Source: Eledone cirrhosa (lineage: Eukaryota). Taken from it: a DNA stretch of 64,000 nucleotides. Every line of letters starts with the position of its first letter. Within the stretch, counting starts at the first letter, position 1. The position numbers were made by a program, and so were the translations under genes. The notes under the pieces are model-generated. The model ran no database searches, was not told the origin of the DNA, and saw only the letters and a program-made list of their open reading frames with translations. Positions 39,212-61,340 of this stretch are shown here, one piece after another. The stretch is taken from contig OZ024740.1 in assembly GCA_964016885.1 (NCBI GenBank), positions 366,110,001-366,174,000 of the forward strand. Direction: 5' to 3'.

Positions 39212-40402
39212 CAGGAGAACATGATATGAAGGCTAAAAAAACACTTGTTGATAGTGCAGTTTTAAATCAACATATGAAAAGTGGTTTTAGATTGATGTGT
39301 GATATTGGGAAAAATATTTTATTTAGAGAGGGGGGAGAGAAAAGGATGAAAAGGGAAGGAAGATGAGAGGGAGAGATGGGTGATAGAGAGAGAGAGATAG
39401 TTTTTATAACTGAGAGGAGATATATTTTATATAGAGGGGTTGAAAACCGTTGGAAGATACTGTATAAATTAAAAATTTGAAAATTAACGAAGGGCAGATA
39501 TGTGCGAGGAAAAAATATATTATATTTAGGGAGGGGGGGGGGAGGATGAAAAAAAGGGGAGGAGATGAGAGTGAAGGTGGAAAGGGAGATGGGTGATAGA
39601 GAGAAAGAGATAGTTTTTATAACTGAGAAAAAGATATAATGTTTTAATATAGAGAGGTTGGGAACCGTTGGAAGATAATGTATAAATTAAAGGAATTTGA
39701 AAAATTAACGAAGGGAAATTGTGTATGAAGATAGAGAGAAAAAAATAATAATTGTGGGTGAATATTCTAACGTCAAAAGAAGAAATGTAGGAATTTTAAA
39801 ATTAGCAAAGAGAAAAAGTTTATGTGTAGAAGGATTTGAGAAAAATAATGTGAAGTTAAAGTTTGTATATTGAATTCATATGTATTAATAATGAGTTCGT
39901 TGATGGGGAGAAAAAAATAATAATAAATTAAGGATGAAATTGAGATTAAAAAGATTTATGATAGAGAGAAAAAATAATAATGATTGCGGATGAATACTCA
40001 AAATGTCAAAAACAAATGTTATTGTTTTACGAGGAGATAGAATGAGGGTGATGAGTAAACGAGTATTATAGAGTGTATAATGCCCTTTAAAGTAAGGTAG
40101 ATGGGTATATTTTAAAGAATATATGAGTATATATTAAAAAAATATATAATAATAAATTAAGGATGAAATTGAGATTAAAAAGATTTATGATAGAGGGAAA
40201 AAATAATAATGATTGCGGATGAATATTCAAAATGTCAAAAACAAATGTTATTGTTTTACGAGAAGATAGGATGAGGGTAATGAGTAAACGAGTATTATAG
40301 AGTGTATAATGCCCTTTAAAGTAAGGTAGATGGGTATATTTTAAAGAGGTGTATGTATATGTGCCTTTGAGAAAAGATTCTAAATTGATAAAGAATTGAA
40401 TA

Positions 40403-41307
40403 TTAACTGTATACTTTGTGAAAAGTTCTATGGAATTTATGCAGGCAGATGGAAAACAAATCCGAGCGTCTATTTATTATGGATTCTAGGTTAGAGATAA
40501 TGGTAAATTTTTCATTTAGGCAGAGATTACAGATTTTAGATAGAGAGCTGTTCAAGTACGAGGATGCAGAAGAAATCTTTTTCCAAAAGATGTTATATTT
40601 AATGTTTTTGTCTTTTAAGGACCATATGAGTTCTGAGAGAGCAGTGTTAGTTCTTTTAAGTTTGTATTTGAAAGATGAATGATGATTATAGAGACGAGCT
40701 TTAAAAGAGGTGGAAGTGGAGCCAAAATAGGTGAAGGAATTGGTGCTAGTTATAATTTTACATTCATAAATTAAGTTTTTATCGAGGCAATGGTTGTTGA
40801 GAGGACATTTATTTTTAATGCGGCAGTTGCAATTAGAGAGATTATTAATGAGTGATCTAGTGTTATCTATAGAAGGAATTGGATTGGAGAAGTTGTTTGC
40901 GATAGGAATAATAGGAATAATAGTTTCTTGATTTAGAGTTGGATTATGAACATTTAGCGAAGTTGTGTTTGACGTTGCATTTGGGTTTACAGAAGTTAGC
41001 CTAGGGTTTACAATGACGTCAGGAGTACTATTATTGTTATTATGAAATTCAATATTGGAAGGAAGAGATTTAGTATTTAATATTTTGTTGTTGTGTTTAG
41101 AGATGATGTTGGAAATATTGGAGGATGTAGAATACGAAAATTTGATGGTGTGTTTGTTAAATATTTTACTATAGATATGTGAGGGAGGGAAGCATTTATT
41201 TAAGGCACTAAAAAATAATTTAGGAATATTGTTATTAATAGAGATGGAGAAAGGAGCATTATACCAGATTATGTTTTTGTATCTAGGTCTTTTATTAAAA
41301 TTATTGG
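40403..41307 (-). CDS. Penelope ORF C-terminal part (RT-EN linker + GIY-YIG)
   Basis: IIWYNAPFS and KFSYS linker motifs plus GIY-YIG motifs. Open up to the N gap. Confidence 0.85.
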
Positions 41308-41308
41308 A

Positions 41309-41508
41309 NNNNNNNNNNNNNNNNNNNNNNNNNNNNNNNNNNNNNNNNNNNNNNNNNNNNNNNNNNNNNNNNNNNNNNNNNNNNNNNNNNNNNNNNNNNN
41401 NNNNNNNNNNNNNNNNNNNNNNNNNNNNNNNNNNNNNNNNNNNNNNNNNNNNNNNNNNNNNNNNNNNNNNNNNNNNNNNNNNNNNNNNNNNNNNNNNNNN
41501 NNNNNNNN
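41309..41508. other. Assembly gap (200 N)
   Basis: Run of N. Confidence 1.
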
Positions 41509-41875
41509 TATATACATACATATATACATACATATATACATACATATATATATACATACATATATATATACATACATATATATATATACATACATATATA
41601 TATATATACATATATATATATACATATATATATACATATATATATACATATATATATATATATACATACATATATATATATATACATACATATATATATA
41701 CATACATATATATATATATACATACATATATATATACATACATATATATATACATACATATATATATACATATATATATATATACATACATATATATATA
41801 CATACATATATATATACATACATATATATATATATATACATACATATATATATACATACATATATATATACATAC

Positions 41876-41906
<31 letters not shown>

Positions 41907-41911
41907 CATAC

Positions 41912-41942
<31 letters not shown>

Positions 41943-41947
41943 CATAC

Positions 41948-41978
<31 letters not shown>

Positions 41979-42048
41979 CATACATATATATATACATATA
42001 TATATATATATACATACATATATATATACATATATATATATATATACA

Positions 42049-42080
<32 letters not shown>

Positions 42081-42153
42081 CATACATATATATATACATA
42101 TATATATATATATACATACATATATATATACATATATATATATATATACATAC

Positions 42154-42184
<31 letters not shown>

Positions 42185-42298
42185 CATACATATATATATA
42201 CATATATATATATATACATATATATATACATATATATATATATATACATACATATATATATACATATATATATATATACATACATATATATATCATAT
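41509..42298 (+). repeat. (TA)nCATACA array
   Basis: Direct reading of the sequence. Confidence 0.95.
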
Positions 42299-42360
42299 AT
42301 AAAATATTAAACAAATAATGAATAAACAATGAGACAGTTCCTTATATTAAACAAAAAAAG

Positions 42361-42514
42361 TTCATTATTTAACGATCGTTTCTAGGATATATATGTGTTA
42401 GAATTGGCATGCATATTCAACAGATCTATGTACAAAATTATACAAAATTATACAAACTATCAAGATTAAATATACATACCAACACATATATACGCCGTCT
42501 TCAGAAATAATGAA
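42361..42514 (-). ncRNA. Type I hammerhead ribozyme with extended stem II (left IR arm)
   Basis: Reverse complement of 43619-43772. Confidence 0.8.
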
Positions 42515-43618
42515 GTATATTTATTGATAATAACAACAATTCAAAATTTCAGGTCCGTTTGGGAACAAAATTGACCAATGAAAACACAAAGGGTTAAATG
42601 CAGTTCGGTGTGTGTATATACATGTAAAACCCTTACACATATTTTACAAAAATGTATGTATAATTTGTATACGCATACTAAAAGGATGGATGCAAATACA
42701 AAATTTCAAGGTTAATGTCTCTGTAAGTTTATAATGCACAGATAAGATGCGTATAGACACACAAATATGAAATTAAGTATATAAATATATTTTTTCATAC
42801 TCACACATATCCGTACAATCACACATACACGCGCGTATATGCATAAATATACACATAACCACGAACATACAAACACACACACACCCCCACTCACATTTAT
42901 ATATGTGGATATAAAATCATAAGCACATGGATATTAATTCACTCACATAAACACTGGCACACACATTTAGATCAAGATACAGAAATTAGGTGGAGGGGGG
43001 GGAGAGGTCAGTATTCAACGGTCTGAGCAGACTGCCTAATATAGATGTATCTATAAACTAAGAAAATAAAAAATAATAAATAATAAATAAACATTAAAGA
43101 GGAAAGAATAGAAAGAAAAAAGAAAAAAAACCCCCCCCTCCCACCTAATTTCTGTATCTTGATCTAAATGTGTGTGCCAGTGTTTATGTGAGTGAATTAA
43201 TATCCATGTGCTTATGATTTTATATCCACATATATAAATGTGAGTGGGGGTGTGTGTGTGTTTGTATGTTCGTGGTTATGTGTATATTTATGCATATACG
43301 CGCGTGTATGTGTGATTGTACGGATATGTGTGAGTATGAAAAAATATATTTATATACTTAATTTCATATTTGTGTGTCTATACGCATCTTATCTGTGCAT
43401 TATAAACTTACAGAGACATTACCTTGAAATTTTGTATTTGCATCCATCCTTTTAGTATGCGTATACAAATTATACATACATTTTTGTAAAATATGTGTAA
43501 GGGTTTTACATGTATATACACACACCGAACTGCATTTAACCCTTTGTGTTTTCATTGGTCAATTTTGTTCCCAAACGGACCTGAAATTTTGAATTGTTGT
43601 TATTATCAATAAATATAC

Positions 43619-43772
43619 TTCATTATTTCTGAAGACGGCGTATATATGTGTTGGTATGTATATTTAATCTTGATAGTTTGTATAATTTTGTATAATTTTG
43701 TACATAGATCTGTTGAATATGCATGCCAATTCTAACACATATATATCCTAGAAACGATCGTTAAATAATGAA
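43619..43772 (+). ncRNA. Type I hammerhead ribozyme with extended stem II (right IR arm)
   Basis: 10-bp stem I UUCAUUAUUU/AAAUAAUGAA, CUGAAGA, ~115-nt stem II domain, GAAA, palindromic stem III ACGAUCGU, GUU^ site. Confidence 0.8.
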
Positions 43773-43967
43773 CTTTTTTTTGTTTAATATAAGGAACTGT
43801 CTCATTGTTTATTCATTATTTGTTTAATATTTTATCTTGACTCTGTATACCGTTTATCTTTCACCGAAAGTGATTTTTCATTACATCTCTTCTTTCCATG
43901 ATATCCGGAATACATTGAGTTCTTCATACGGATTGGACACTACCGTAAACTCTTGGTAGATTTATCT

Positions 43968-44012
43968 ACATATATACATATATATATATATATACATACA
44001 TATATAATATAC

Positions 44013-44045
<33 letters not shown>

Positions 44046-44126
44046 CATACATATATATATATATACATACATATATATATATATACATACATATATATAT
44101 ATATACATACATATATATATATATAC

Positions 44127-44159
<33 letters not shown>

Positions 44160-44601
44160 CATACATATATATATACATACATATATATATACATACATAT
44201 ATATATACATACATATATATATATATACCATACATATATATATATATACATACATATATATATATATACATACATATAAATATATATACATACATATATA
44301 TATATATATACATACATATATATATACATACATACATATATATATACATACATACATACATATATACATATAGTATATATATACATATAACATACATATA
44401 TATAAATTACATACATATATATATACATACATACATACATATATATATACATACATACATACATACATATATATATATATACATATACATATATATATAT
44501 ATACATACATATATATATACATACATATATATATATATACATACATATATATATACATACATACATATATATTATACATACATACATTATATATACATAC
44601 A
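43968..44601 (+). repeat. (TA)nCATACA array
   Basis: Direct reading of the sequence. Confidence 0.95.
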
Positions 44602-45620
44602 TAGCGGGATCTCAGGAAGCTTAATTAAGAATGTAGGATTCACATGCAGCAGCTGTGCTGAAACAGCAAGCAAACAGCCACAGGAAACAAGTACCACCAA
44701 TCTCTGGGAGGGCCCTGTAGAAACAGTAGACAGCTTCTGCTACCTAGGTGACCGAATTAGCAACGGAGGTGGGTGCTCAGAAAGTACAATAACTAGGGTA
44801 AGAACAGGATGGAAGAAGTTTAGGGAACTACTACCACTGCTAGCTGCAAAAGGCTTCTCCCTCAGAATGAAAGGCAGACTGTATGATGCGTGTATCCGAA
44901 CAGCGATGTTGCATGGTAGTGAGACCTGGCGCTGAAGGTGGAAGACTTACGTAGATTAGAGAGAAACGAAGCCTGCATGCTCCGATGGATGTGTAACAGT
45001 AATATACGTGAACGACAAAGCATAAATGAATTGAGAGAGAGACTGAGCATAAGAGGAATCAAATGCTGCGTGCAGGAGAGGCGGTTACGCTGGTATGGAC
45101 ATGTGATGCGTATGAAGGATGACAGCTGCATAAAAAGGTGCAGAGCACTAGAAGTTGATGGAAACCGCGGAGTGGGGAGACCCAAGATGACTTGGGATGA
45201 GGTGATAAAGCCGACCTTACCCAACTACACCTCTCAAAGTCAATGACACACGACCGTGACTTCTGGCGTCACGCAGTAATACAGGGTACCCGACCTCCCA
45301 TGGGGTACATGCTGAAGCATATAAACAATATGCCCCCCCCCCCCCCCACCGCAAGGTGGTCGTGGAGGTGCCACGGCAAAAAAGCACCCAGCCCACACTG
45401 TAAAGTGGACGTGGTAGGCGCCACGAAAAAGCACCCAGCACTCACTGTAAATGAGGTTGGTGTTAGGAAGGGCATCCAGCTGTAGAAATCAAGCCAGATC
45501 AGTTCCTGTATGAGCAAGGCATGGGCAGCCGACCAGACACTGCCCACAACAGGACAACCCGTCTAACCCATGCTAGCGTGGAAGAACGGACGTAAAACGG
45601 GTGATGGATGATGATGATGA
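44602..45620 (+). mobile_element. 5'-truncated RTE-B copy (copy B3)
   Basis: Nearly identical to 33656-34661 apart from single-base indels and a few substitutions. Ends in a GAT tail. Confidence 0.9.
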
Positions 45621-54950
<9,330 letters not shown>

Positions 54951-55071
54951 GTTTATGTACGTGTGTTTATATATTTATTCTTTTTCCCCTTTTCTTCTTC
55001 CTCCAGCCTCACTTTCATATTTATTATATTTTTGTTTTTCAAATCCACATTCAATAAAAACACCAGGATTT

Positions 55072-55131
55072 TTTCATTCTGATGACTGAAAGCAAATTTG
55101 TTTGCTTTCAAGAAACCACTGGTAAATGAAA
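55072..55131 (+). ncRNA. Type I hammerhead ribozyme
   Basis: UUUCAUU-CUGAUGA-CUGAAAGCAAA(UUUG)UUUGCUUUCAA-GAAA-CC(ACU)GG-UA^AAUGAAA. Confidence 0.85.
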
Positions 55132-55156
55132 TAATTATTTTATGCTGTTTATTACA

Positions 55157-55203
<47 letters not shown>

Positions 55204-57304
55204 CCGATTATATGCCTAGTTAAAAATGGAAAATGGAAAAATATAACTTCACTTTCTTTAATTATTGAGACAAATAAATTTCATTTTAGCGAAATGAAAA
55301 TATTTCTGTTCCATATTACACGTACTTTTAATATGAAGTTATTTTTACATATACATGAAGCGTTAAGAATATTTAGTTTGTAAAGATGAAAATACAGAAA
55401 CTGAACGTTTTTCACCCTTCGTCCATTTTCTTTTATTTTTATCATTTGTAATGAAATTTTTCACCCTTGCAAACAAAATATACTTCACGCTTCATATATA
55501 TTCGAAAATAATTTCATTTTAAAAACACGTGTATTACGAAAGAAACATAAATCACTTCGTTAACTTAGAAGTATCCATGGTAAAACCAAACTATTGTAAA
55601 GGGTGTCTGTCAGCCGCTTTGCCGTTGTTGCCGTAGAAATTTTATATAGTTGAATCATTATTATCGACCCAAGAGAGACGAAAGGTAATGAAAGGGACAG
55701 GCAACACAGACAAACTACAAAAATGATTGTGGGAGGTGAGGGGGGAGTTACACGGAATCGATTTAATAATCTTTTATTAATAAATACATCTTAAAAGTCG
55801 TTGGTTTTATCATTTATTGCCTCAAATCCTCAACCAGAAAATTTTCCTAAAATCATTATTTTGATTACTTTTTTGTTTTAAATGTAACAAATTTTATGAC
55901 GGTCGAAGGAAATTAAGAAAACAACACTTGACGTGTGTCTGAAAATACAATATATTACAAAGAAAATAAATAGATATTTCTATTTAACAAATATCATAAA
56001 ATAGCAGGCTTTGAAAACATTTTTTAGCTATCTACTTATTTATTCTAATTGGTCAAAGCCATGGGCATTTTTCACTAGCAATATATTTCTTTAATATTTT
56101 GGCAGACAAAAAAGACAAAATTATTCACAAATTCCTTTTACAATCTTTAGCTAAAAATTGAAATGAAACTGAAGGGATTCATATACTAACTGGCAGTCTT
56201 CGGTAACATAAAAGCATTATTACTGGGTTTATTAATTTTCCTCTCTTTCGAATTATATTTTGAAATATTTATGTTTCAGACAATAAATCTCAGATGGTTT
56301 CTAGCAGAGAATTTAAGATGTTCATGCTTTTTCTTGCGATGTATAATTAAAGATTATAAAACAGTAACCGAAATTCAGTCTGCTACGCGCTTATAAGTTC
56401 TACCTTGATTTCGAAGTAGTTAAATAACCTAAGCATTTAAATCACGTATGAAAAGTATAACAGACAGACACAAGGTACACATAATGCTGAAAGGAAATAA
56501 AGGGAAAAATGTGTACATACCAGATATTTTTCTCGGGTAAACTAATTTGTAATAAATCCCAAAGATAAAAACACGTAAATTCAAATAAAGAGAAGTTCTT
56601 TGTCTCACTCTTTCAGTGCTTTTTAAATGTTTTATATGAAGGAATATTTTGTGGAATAGATTAGAGCAAGTTAGTATGTACCTGTTGTCAACCTGCCGAA
56701 ATTACGACATTAAAGAGGAACCAATGAAATAAGTTCTCTCACGTCAACTAGAGAGCAACAAATGTAATACTGCGACTTATAACTGTCACCAACAGGTGTC
56801 ACTACGGTCAGTCAGCTGGAAGTGTTTATGTATTCTGGGTTGAGTATTTGTGTGATCGCATTGATTGTAGGTAGTTGAAGTGAATGACCAACCACACACA
56901 CGAACACGAATCTATCTATAAATTATTATAATCGTTGAGCTTAGAGGTCAGAGCCTATACGCGGTCAATAAACATACAAATATTTTTTTAAAGCAGTGAA
57001 ACCACACACTGCCGTCTTAAATGGAAATATTCATTGAATAGTGTAGTCCCCGATACATTATCTCTTTACATGAAAAAGGTGTGGTCTCGTTTGAGAAGCC
57101 ATTGATCATAGTTTGCTCAATTAGGAGCTCTGCTATATAAAATATAAACAATTCTCATATATATATATATGTGTGTAGAAGTTCTATTTAAATTGTTGGG
57201 ATACAACAAGCAAATATGTTTATAACTGATATAAAGCACTCAACAAATAATTGGAGTAAAAATACGATATTAACAAATGGAAACTATATTTATAAAACCA
57301 TATT

Positions 57305-57376
57305 TATTTCATTATACATATTTCATATTTCAAGGACACCAAGTTAAATTATGGTGTGCTTTCATCAGATAAAATA
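57305..57376 (-). ncRNA. Type I hammerhead ribozyme
   Basis: UAUUUUAU-CUGAUGA-AAGCACACCA(loop)UGGUGUCCUU-GAAA-UAUG(AAAUA)UGUA-UA^AUGAAAUA. Confidence 0.78.
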
Positions 57377-57732
57377 TAATATAGAGCAGTTTTATAAATA
57401 AATATTGACATACCCTTAAAGAATGCGACCATTACTGTTGGAAGCTCCCCGATATATATATATATAGTTCAAAAGGACAAATGAAAAAAAAACAAACAAA
57501 CGCAGGAGTCAATAGTACATAGTGTTGTTAGCTTCACGCTATATATATATATATATGAATTAAAAAGTGCGCTAACAGCCGAAGTCTATGATAAAGTTAT
57601 ATCTGTATAAATAGAGAGTGTAACCGAGACTGCACCAACGTGTATAAATATATACACATATCTAATTTGTAGGCATGTAAACATGCCTTAAAATACTAAT
57701 TTACCAGTAAATTGAAAAAAAAAATTGATAAA

Positions 57733-58705
57733 TTACAAGTTATCTCCTTCAAAATATGACCCTTCGGAAGTCACACAGTGGTTCCAACAGTTTTTTCCAC
57801 AGATCGTTGCAGTACTGGAAGTCATTGTCTGTAAACGTTCTTAGCTCGTTACAATTTTTTGTATGTTTTCTACAATCCCTTCAACTTTTGAGTTCAACTA
57901 AGGGAAGGTGTAGAAATCACATATAGCTAGATCTGAGCTGAAGGGAGGATGTGGTAGAATATGAATGTTTTTCTTCGCCAGAAGTTCTCTAATTGAAAGT
58001 GCCGTGTGAGAAGGCGCATTATCGTGGTGCAGTACCTAGCCTCTTGCCATGTCCTTTCGGACTCGCTGGACCCCTTTTCGAAGTCGTTCTAAAATATTTT
58101 GTATAAGAGGCAATTAACTGTCTGTCCTGGAAGTACAAATTGTTTTTGAACAATACCACAACTGTCAAAAAAAAAAAAAAAAAATGATAATTATCGTTTT
58201 CACACTTCATCCAAAAAATTTGGCTCAATTTCGAGTCTTTCTAGCAAATCCTGACAAATTTCCAACCAATTAGCCTTTTACTCCGTAGAGTTTTGCACAA
58301 TTTTTTTGTATGTGCAAATGGTCTGTTAAAATTCTGTGAACTCCATTTTTATCCAAGCCTGTTTCTTCCGCAATCATCCCAATACTTAATCAGCGATCTT
58401 TTGCCATCACTGCCCTCATCATTTCCACATTTTGTTCATTTGTTGATGAGATTAGCCTCCTAGAACGAGGTTCGTCTTCAACATTTTCTCAGCCTTCTTT
58501 GAAAGATTTGAGCCATTTAAAAAAACTTACTTCACAATAAAGTGGCATCTCCATAAGCTTATACTCTTTTACTCTTTTACCTGTTTCAGCCATCCGGCTG
58601 AGGCCATGCTGGGGCACCGGTTAAAGAATTAATTGTTTCGGCGGCAGATTTGTTCAGTTTCACACAAAATTTGATCGCGAAAAGTTGTTCGATATTTTCA
58701 TGCAT
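57733..58705 (-). pseudogene. Decayed mariner transposase
   Basis: MHENIEQLFAIKFCVKL, EDEPRS, LHHDNAPSH, HPPFSSDLAICDF and EGSYFEGD. Multiple stops and frameshifts. Confidence 0.85.
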
Positions 58706-58890
58706 CACAAACGTAACAGAGATTATTAACAGCAATATCTCACGAGACTCAATCGATCATATTGGAACAAGTATGTACGTACAGCCAAGGTCATAACTAA
58801 CACGCCTATATACATGAACGAGGTGCTGCATGACTATGTCGTACATAGGAAAATCAGATCAATCTCGTTGCTTTTATGTGTGCATATATA

Positions 58891-58921
<31 letters not shown>

Positions 58922-59030
58922 ATATAGATATATATAATATTGTATAGCCAAAATTAAGTGGATATCTCCTTTTGTAAATCTTTGTATATATACATGTGTG
59001 TATGTGTGTGTACGCGCGTGAGTGTGCGTC

Positions 59031-59214
59031 TAAAAGATTAACGAATCTTGAAACAGCACTGTCTGGCATTCTTCACTGCTTCTGACACTCTGTGACGTAT
59101 TTACAGAGAAAAATGATTTTTTCGTTACGAAAAAATTTTTTTTTCATTGATAGCTAGTGTCAGTAGCAGTCGAGAATGCCTGACAGTGCTGTTTCAAGAT
59201 TCATTAATCTTTTA
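59031..59214. mobile_element. Small MITE-like inverted repeat
   Basis: Imperfect ~59-bp arms at 59031-59089 and 59156-59214, with TA at the outer ends. Confidence 0.65.
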
Positions 59215-59534
59215 TCAGTGACATTCGCTGAATCAGTACTAACATGGAAACATACTAAAGTCCATATAAGTTTTGCGTTATAAACATTTGCTGAACATGC
59301 TTATTTGCATATAGAAAATAGAACACACCAGTTGTAAATATTTATTTGCATACAGTATAATGAATTTCGTAAAAATTATATCCAAATCAGACAGAACGCC
59401 TAGTCTGAATAACATGTCGTAATATACAAAATTTGGTTAAATTCACCTTTTCATGTCGAATACGCCTGTTTCGTCAAAAAAATTATTACTTCGGCAATTC
59501 GTCAGTTCTACATATTTGTTATAGATGTGAGGAT

Positions 59535-59910
59535 TAAAATTCTACCAGAGAGTTCATATGGAAGGCGAGAGAACATAGGGAGCATTGTAAGTTAAGTAAA
59601 GGGAGGTAACTCTTACTTAGATTTGTGCAAAATAGAAAGAACTTGTTCGTAATTATGGTTAGGATATCTATTATGTGGGCTGGAAAGGGGGCTGTTTTCT
59701 TGGTATGTTGCCGTCTTAAAATGTTCCATCGTTCATTGTTGCCCAAATTACATGTCTTCTTACCGTTGAGGTAAGGACTTGAGATAAGGTTTTTCCATTT
59801 AATGGAGAAGTTCGCACCGGTATCTTTGAGGGACTAGACGTGACTTACCAGCTTCATGGTAGTTCGTTTATCCGGGTGTCTAAAAGTCGTTTCGATGAAA
59901 TTTCTATTTA
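59535..59910 (-). pseudogene. Decayed Penelope GIY-YIG remnant (older family)
   Basis: TFRHPDKRTTMKLVSHV*SLKDTGANFSIKWK..PYLNG..CNLGNNERWNIL aligns to SFKYKLKRTNTALSELIWSLKD..WK..YLN..CNLCLNEKFTII. Confidence 0.65.
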
Positions 59911-60199
59911 ATTGATAAAAAATGTCGAATTTTAAATATTTTACCTAAATAAAAACAATTTCTAGGGCGTGTTTATATTTACTGAACTTAATACTTTATC
60001 CCCATATATATTTCTAGTAGATTGGGCGTTGCAGACATTCTTGAGGGGTTTACTTTTTAAATGTGTGAAAACTGTAAAAGTTTGCGGGGATGATAAAAAA
60101 ACATCTGCCAAAGGTAAAGCTGCTGAATACTGAGCAACTTCTTCCTTCATTCCCACCACCACCATTTTTGTTTGCAGGACAGGCGTCCTGTATTGTGGA

Positions 60200-60515
60200 C
60201 AGGCGTCGAATTGGTAGTCATTAGAACGTCAGATAGAATGCTTTGCAGTGTTCTTTTGGGGTCTCTGCGTTTTCTGAGTTCAAATCCTGCAGAGATAAAT
60301 TTACCTTTCATCCTTTCGAGGTCGATAAAAAAAGTGCTACTCCAGTTCTGGTGTCGATTCTTCCTCTATATCTCTTTTTCGTTTCCCTTTCACTTTATCT
60401 CCTTTTCTGGAAGAAATCGGCTCTGTTCAGACCTGGACAGGGGATGGGCTCCGCCAAGTTTAAAGCACCCAAGACACGCCGTATGTCACGATGGTGCCCT
60501 TACAACTCCATCAGT
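60200..60515 (+). mobile_element. tRNA-SINE (same family as 26870-27195)
   Basis: GAGTTCAAATCC B box, TTTCATCCTTTCGAGGTCGATAAA core and the shared tail GGAAGAAATC..GATGGGCTCC. Confidence 0.7.
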
Positions 60516-60719
60516 AGTTATGGGTCCGTACATACAATTGTGTTGTGATTCAGATATCTATGATTTCTTGTATAACATAGTCACGAACATTTTAACGTTT
60601 TATCATATATTTCAAATGTAAAAGATTTTGTTTTCCTGATTTGTTCGGAATAAAGGGTAAGGGAAAAATAATAAAGAAATAAAAAATATAAAAAAGGAAA
60701 GGGCTAACGGGAAGAGGAG

Positions 60720-61340
60720 GCTTTACGCACTTGAGTATGTGATATAGCTCAACTGCGCCCTGCGAACAAGATAGCGAAGAACAGCCTGCAATTCTACCTT
60801 ATGAGACTGTTCACTCAGGTAAGATTGCTTCTGCTGATTTTGCAGAGTAGATCAGAGGTTTCGATGGCAACCAACACAAAGAGGAACCGGTCAATTAAAG
60901 CCCAGTACTTGGTTATCTTCCACCCCTTTGCGTTACAGGTGGCGGTATCCGGGTTATGGGGCGAAACGATGAGGTTAGCTCAAGAAAACATGTCGTCCCA
61001 GATTAATAATTTCTCACCTCGAACGGGAAAAGAGTTATCCCATTTGGGCCCCTATTGTCATCGCGGACTCCAATTCTGATGACGTTGTTTAAAGCAGAGC
61101 ACCGACAAAATCAATCTAAAAGAGTACAAATCTAGGTTGAACCCGTCGACCCTGGCTCCACAATGACATGCGCTGCTGTTTCGCTGCAACTGAAACCGTA
61201 GACTGATTTGATGGTTCTGATCTAGAGAAGACATGATCCGTGTGTAGGTCGAACTTTATTGGGAACAGTTGATCTACGTAGTTGTTGGACCTGCTAGAAA
61301 TAGTAACGAAATCTCCCTTAAATTATTCCCCCTCCCTACC
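60720..61340 (-). pseudogene. Decayed C-terminus of a CRE-like (restriction-like endonuclease) non-LTR retrotransposon
   Basis: Across frameshifts: CHCGARVDG, SALNNVIR, RDDNRGPNGITLFPF, LLIWD, KYWALIDRFLFVLVAIET. These match the CCHC and RPDG.TL.PW..G..L.WD...KY..L...F.FVP.AIET motifs. Confidence 0.6.

Larger units (their letters stand above)
39108..41308 (-). mobile_element. Penelope-like element copy P2 (linker + GIY-YIG + 3' pLTR), 5' part lost in the gap
   Basis: Open frame 40403-41307 reads RYKNIIWYNAPFS...KIFNKHTIKFSYS...CNCR...YFGST...CNLCLNEK. Same 3' end as P1. Confidence 0.9.
42299..43835. repeat. Near-perfect long inverted repeat (arms 42299-43002 and 43131-43835, 128-bp spacer), probably inverted Penelope pLTRs
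   Basis: Arms are reverse complements with only a few single-base indels. Each arm carries a hammerhead. Confidence 0.9.

Noticed and set aside
40403-42265. 620-aa ORF joining an IY repeat to GIY-YIG
   Set aside because: Artefact of reading through the N gap. Only 40403-41307 is real.
42712-43455. Twin 60- and 71-aa ORFs in the inverted repeat arms
   Set aside because: GT-rich low-complexity sequence with a non-ATG start, duplicated only because of the palindrome.
61076-61110. CTGATGA as a hammerhead core
   Set aside because: No properly placed GAAA or stems. Lies within the CRE-like remnant.
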